Positions 25,525-32,000 of a stretch of DNA of 32,000 nt are shown in pieces. Both the position numbers and the translations under genes were made by a program. The stretch lies in contig NC_017448.1 of NCBI RefSeq assembly GCF_000146505.1, positions 1,200,001-1,232,000 of the forward strand. The letters are read 5' to 3'. How positions within the stretch are numbered: the stretch's first letter is position 1; each line of letters begins with the position of its first letter. The stretch is from Fibrobacter succinogenes subsp. succinogenes S85. Lineage in GTDB: Bacteria; Fibrobacterota; Fibrobacteria; Fibrobacterales; Fibrobacteraceae. The notes beneath the pieces are model-generated. The model had not been told where the DNA came from and did no database searches. It was given only the letters and a program-made list of their open reading frames with translations.

Positions 25525-26183
25525 TTAAAAGGAACAGTGTTTTACCAAATCCCTATATCGCCTCACAACACCTTCATAGTAAGAAGTCGGGAGCGGAGCA
25601 TTCTTTTCAAGGAGCTTGTCAACAGCGGTATGGCCAAGGTTGTACGCCACAAGAGCCTCCCTCAAATTTCCATACTTTCCAATCAGACGAATCAGGTAAG
25701 CCGAACCCACAACCACGTTCACGTCCGGGCGCATCAAGTCGTCTTCATTTTCTACAAAAACACCAAACCTACGACCAATTTTTTAGCGGTTTCCATTTTT
25801 ATCTGCATCAAACCAAGCGCACCTGAAAATTTCCCTGTCTGGAACCTTCCACGGGCAAGCGGGTTTCCGCGACTTTCCTGAGCGACAACAGCAAGTATAA
25901 TCAGAGGGTCCAGTGAATACGACTGCGAAATCTGCCACAAGTTTTCTGCCAACATGCGGAAACTCACCTCGGAGATTCTATCGCCAAGCATGTACGTGAG
26001 CGCCTTTTCAATTTTCACGTAATCAAGCGTCCACTTGCCCACCACCTCCAAATGTTCTATATCGTTATGGAGAATGCGTTCCTGATAAGCAAGCTTTTCA
26101 AGTTTACGACTATTGGAATACCACTCGCTCGCAAAGAAAAACAAAACAGCAAAGCCAATGATAAACAAGACGCTTACGCTCAT
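25525..26183 (-). pseudogene. Membrane-anchored SLT-domain lytic transglycosylase, reading frame interrupted
   Basis: The N-half ORF ends at 25752 (AVVAQESRGNP...GLMQIKMETAKK). The C-half ORF 25525..25737 carries DVNVVVGSAYL...ALVAYNLGHTAV. One extra A in the A6 run (minus strand, 25779-25784) joins them in frame. Likely start is ATG 26183. Confidence 0.75.
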
Positions 26184-26199
26184 CGCGGAGAGACGAACG

Positions 26200-26889
26200 C
26201 TACTTTTTTTCACGACGAGTCTTCTCCAAGAATTCCAAATAAGTAACCCAGTCCTGGATAGCGCCAAAGGAACTCAGCAAAGTCGTATCCTGCACAACGC
26301 CCAATTTACGCATCGGACCAATCGCCGATTCCAGGCGGTCAATCTCGCGGATGTAACGCGCTTTCTGGCTTTCGAGCGCCGTAATCTGCGCCTGCTTATC
26401 AGAAATCTCACGCCCCTGTCCAACCACGATAACAAACAAGCTAACAGCCCAACCGACAAGGAACAAAGCCACAGAAATAGCAAAGCCCAAAGAAAGGCTT
26501 ATTGACTTTTTCTCATAATGCACCCCAACAAGATTGACTTGCTTGGAGATGCCCGACTTACGGTATTCCTCACGGCTCTTGTAAATTTCAAAGATATTGC
26601 GGTAGCGTTCAAAATAAGCCTGCAACTCTTCGCTATCAAAAATCAAGATGAGCGTCGCTTTTTGTTGCTTGACCAAATTCAGAATTTCAAGGAACAAGCT
26701 ACGATAAGCATCCGTCGTAAATCTTGCATTCTGAAGATTCACAAAGAAGAACACGCCTGGGCCACGCACAAGCATTTCAAGCTTTTCACGAACAGCCGAA
26801 AGCTGGTATTCGCCAAGAATCCCGTACAGAGAAATCTCAACTTCTTCGCCGCGATCTTCAACCTGGATGTCAATCAAGTCCGCACGCAC
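26200..26889 (-). CDS. STAS-like domain protein with TM helix and C-terminal coiled coil
   Basis: 229 aa. N-terminal ~110 aa follow the STAS pattern (ISLYGILGEYQLSAVREKLEML...FFFVNLQNARFTTDAYRSLFLEILNLVKQQKATLILIF). TM is FAISVALFLVGWAVSLFVIVV. Heptad-rich tail. Confidence 0.6.
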   Translation of the reverse strand: MRADLIDIQVEDRGEEVEISLYGILGEYQLSAVREKLEMLVRGPGVFFFVNLQNARFTTDAYRSLFLEILNLVKQQKATLILIFDSEELQAYFERYRNIFEIYKSREEYRKSGISKQVNLVGVHYEKKSISLSLGFAISVALFLVGWAVSLFVIVVGQGREISDKQAQITALESQKARYIREIDRLESAIGPMRKLGVVQDTTLLSSFGAIQDWVTYLEFLEKTRREKK

Positions 26890-26892
26890 AGA

Positions 26893-28749
26893 TTACCTCT
26901 TCGTCACCGACACGGAAATCTTGAACGCTTTGCGGTCAAGCACGTTGAACGGAGCATTCCAGAACGGGAACACGCGAATGCCTTGGAACGCTTGCGGAGC
27001 TGCGGTTGAAGTCGCTCCAAAAATGGAGCCGATAAAGATAGACGTCGGTCGGTCAAATGCCATGCGGAACACGCAGCCCGCCTTTTCATCGCGAATTTCA
27101 AGCGACTGACCATCCGGGTACAAAAGCGGTTCCATCATATTCCACCTGACATTCTTGCCGTCAATCCAGACTTTGTTGACATCGCCATGCGATAAAAGCC
27201 CGAGCTCAAGAATCGTCCCGAAATAGCCCTTCGTATTCACATACGCAAGATTATCAATCGCATAAGAAACAGTAAACTTGGCAGCGTCGCCCTGGAACGT
27301 AAAGACTTTCTTTATTTTGAACAAAGCCTTGCGCTCTTCATTGTCAAAGCCCTGTTCCTCATCAAGCATTATCTCGGTGCCGACATCCGAACGCAGAATC
27401 CGATAGTCATACGGGTCTGCAAGCAAGTGCTTGCGGTCGTAAAGCATCTGTTCCAGCTTGACCGGCGTAAAGTCCACATTCGGCACAAGGCAATCCAAGA
27501 AGGCAAACGAAGGTTCGCCGTCATCGCGCCAAGAGTTCACGAGATTCGTCTTTGCACCCTTGTAATTCCACGCACGGAGCGCGCCACCAATGCGGTAGTC
27601 AAGCAAGTAAGACGATTCCGGGTTTTCACAAAAGAGAACTTTTTTGCCACGAAGCAAAAAGTCGCACACATCCACGCGAAGCCCAGAGAATCCAGTAAGA
27701 TCATCGAGAACCTGCGATGCCGAAAGCAACATGCGATTCGAGCGCTTGCGTACCATCATGGAACGCATGCCCGAGCGGTTGTGCATATCCCTAAAATAAA
27801 GCGGAGCCATCGCCGGCAAAAGCGCATGGCAAAATTCAAGCCACTTCTTGCCCGAAAGCACACTACGAGCTCTCCTGTACAAATTCAGGAAAGACTTGTG
27901 GTGCATATTGATTTCTGGACGGCGAATCAAAAGTTCACGACAAGTGCGCGCTGTGGAAGGGAGGCCTAACCTGCGACCCGCCGAAACAAGGAAACTAATC
28001 GTACCGCAAGTTTCAAGCTGATCTACCGCAAAACCAACGGTTCTAGTCTGAACCTCATTCATCTCGACAAAGTCTACAAAGCGCCCGAAGAATTCAATAA
28101 TCTCGGTAGGTTCCGACGGAATATCCAAAAGCGCAATAGCAGACTTTCCATCACGGCAATACTGTTCCGCTACCGAGCGCCAAGAAAGATTGTCTTCGGC
28201 AATTGCCTTCGAAAGCACCTCGGACACGGGGACAATGCGAATAAGCGCACCACGGTCTTCAAGCGTAAACCAGCCAGATACAGGCGTTGAACGTCCAAGC
28301 GCATCTTGCACAGCCGCTTCCGTCACTAGCGCATAATCAAAACGAGAGCGCTCCAGAACATCAGCCATGCCCGGCTCCCACACCAGCGAGGAATTGAAAT
28401 ATCCCTGCGGTTCTGCGCCAAGCACCTTCTTCAAGTAATCGCGATGCAACTCCAGCTGCATCGTCTGCAAATCTTCCGGGAAAAGCGGAAGCATCGGATC
28501 GTAATAGCCACCGCCTAAAAACTCGAGAACCCCATTGCGAATCGCATTTTGAATCTTGCCGAACATCAACGGCTTTGCCACATTGTAAAGCGCTTCAATC
28601 ACAGGCCCATCCAAGAAGATGGAGCACTTTACCTGTTCCGAATTCAGAAGAACGTTCAATCCTTCGAGCAAGTTACGCGCGACCGCCTCAAGGTTTTCAT
28701 ACGAGGTCGATGGCGACATCTGCAATACAAAGGATATTCTAGGATTCAT
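26893..28749 (-). CDS. GH57-like protein (alpha-amylase/4-alpha-glucanotransferase-like, DUF1925/DUF1926 architecture), possibly non-catalytic
   Basis: 618 aa. The segment NGVLEFLGGGYYDPMLPLFPEDLQTMQL matches the GH57 region around GQ-E---SPYYHPILPL. Other hallmark regions look degenerate. Confidence 0.65.
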   Translation of the reverse strand: MNPRISFVLQMSPSTSYENLEAVARNLLEGLNVLLNSEQVKCSIFLDGPVIEALYNVAKPLMFGKIQNAIRNGVLEFLGGGYYDPMLPLFPEDLQTMQLELHRDYLKKVLGAEPQGYFNSSLVWEPGMADVLERSRFDYALVTEAAVQDALGRSTPVSGWFTLEDRGALIRIVPVSEVLSKAIAEDNLSWRSVAEQYCRDGKSAIALLDIPSEPTEIIEFFGRFVDFVEMNEVQTRTVGFAVDQLETCGTISFLVSAGRRLGLPSTARTCRELLIRRPEINMHHKSFLNLYRRARSVLSGKKWLEFCHALLPAMAPLYFRDMHNRSGMRSMMVRKRSNRMLLSASQVLDDLTGFSGLRVDVCDFLLRGKKVLFCENPESSYLLDYRIGGALRAWNYKGAKTNLVNSWRDDGEPSFAFLDCLVPNVDFTPVKLEQMLYDRKHLLADPYDYRILRSDVGTEIMLDEEQGFDNEERKALFKIKKVFTFQGDAAKFTVSYAIDNLAYVNTKGYFGTILELGLLSHGDVNKVWIDGKNVRWNMMEPLLYPDGQSLEIRDEKAGCVFRMAFDRPTSIFIGSIFGATSTAAPQAFQGIRVFPFWNAPFNVLDRKAFKISVSVTKR

Positions 28750-28895
28750 GCGACAAAGAATAGCAATTTTAGATACAGATTATGAGTTATTAGTTACTAG
28801 AGATTGCTTAAACAAAGATGTTTTTTAATTGCTTTTATAACAAAATAAATAAGACGAACGTCCCCGCGTGATTTGCGAGCGGCATAAAAAAGAAA

Positions 28896-28925
28896 GGACC
28901 CCCCGAGGATTTCCTCGGGGGGTCC
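28896..28925 (-). terminator. rRNA operon terminator
   Basis: GGACCCCCCGAGG / CCTCGGGGGGTCC, 13-bp GC-rich stem immediately 3' of 5S on the minus strand, followed by a T-rich tract. Confidence 0.85.
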
Positions 28926-28930
28926 GTGAA

Positions 28931-29046
<116 letters not shown>

Positions 29047-29149
29047 AAACTCATGCATGGAACCTAAACTCTTTGCAATCGCCAGAATGCCGAAGCCAGG
29101 CGGGTCCGGGCTGCCCACGCGGGACAGTAGAACCAAATCGTTGAAAGAA

Positions 29150-32000
<2,851 letters not shown>

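Overview
The window looks like a mostly housekeeping chromosomal segment from a Fibrobacter-like (FCB-group) bacterium. That taxon call is tentative and rests on gene content and a TIGR02147-like paralog. Most genes are on the minus strand.

Secure calls:
- RNase P RNA (rnpB, 71-435, +)
- ABC-F factor EttA
- Vat-type streptogramin acetyltransferase
- RecQ
- IlvE
- a ParE/RelE-Phd toxin-antitoxin pair next to an acyltransferase-3 gene, in a visibly AT-rich islet
- a FIST-GGDEF-HD-GYP protein
- citrate synthase
- a class I/II aminotransferase
- a polytopic HD-GYP protein
- Dus
- an HU/IHF-like protein
- RsuA
- the 3' end of an rRNA operon on the minus strand (5S complete; 23S lacking about 50 nt of its 5' end at the window edge)

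I found no CRISPR array, tRNA, transposase, integrase or recognisable defence gene.

Nothing here is an unambiguous new system. The best candidates for a second look are:
1. A seven-gene, translationally coupled envelope cluster (21944-28749). It combines a GH57-like protein, a STAS-TM protein, a frameshifted SLT, a TolC-like OMP and an MlaC-like protein, without the canonical Mla or efflux partners.
2. A roughly 150-nt non-coding element with interleaved, mutually exclusive stems (10677-10830) inside a 470-nt ORF-free gap.
3. The AT-rich TA/acyltransferase islet, bordered by a cluster of GC-rich hairpins.

All family assignments come from motif recognition by eye and need HMM or BLAST confirmation.
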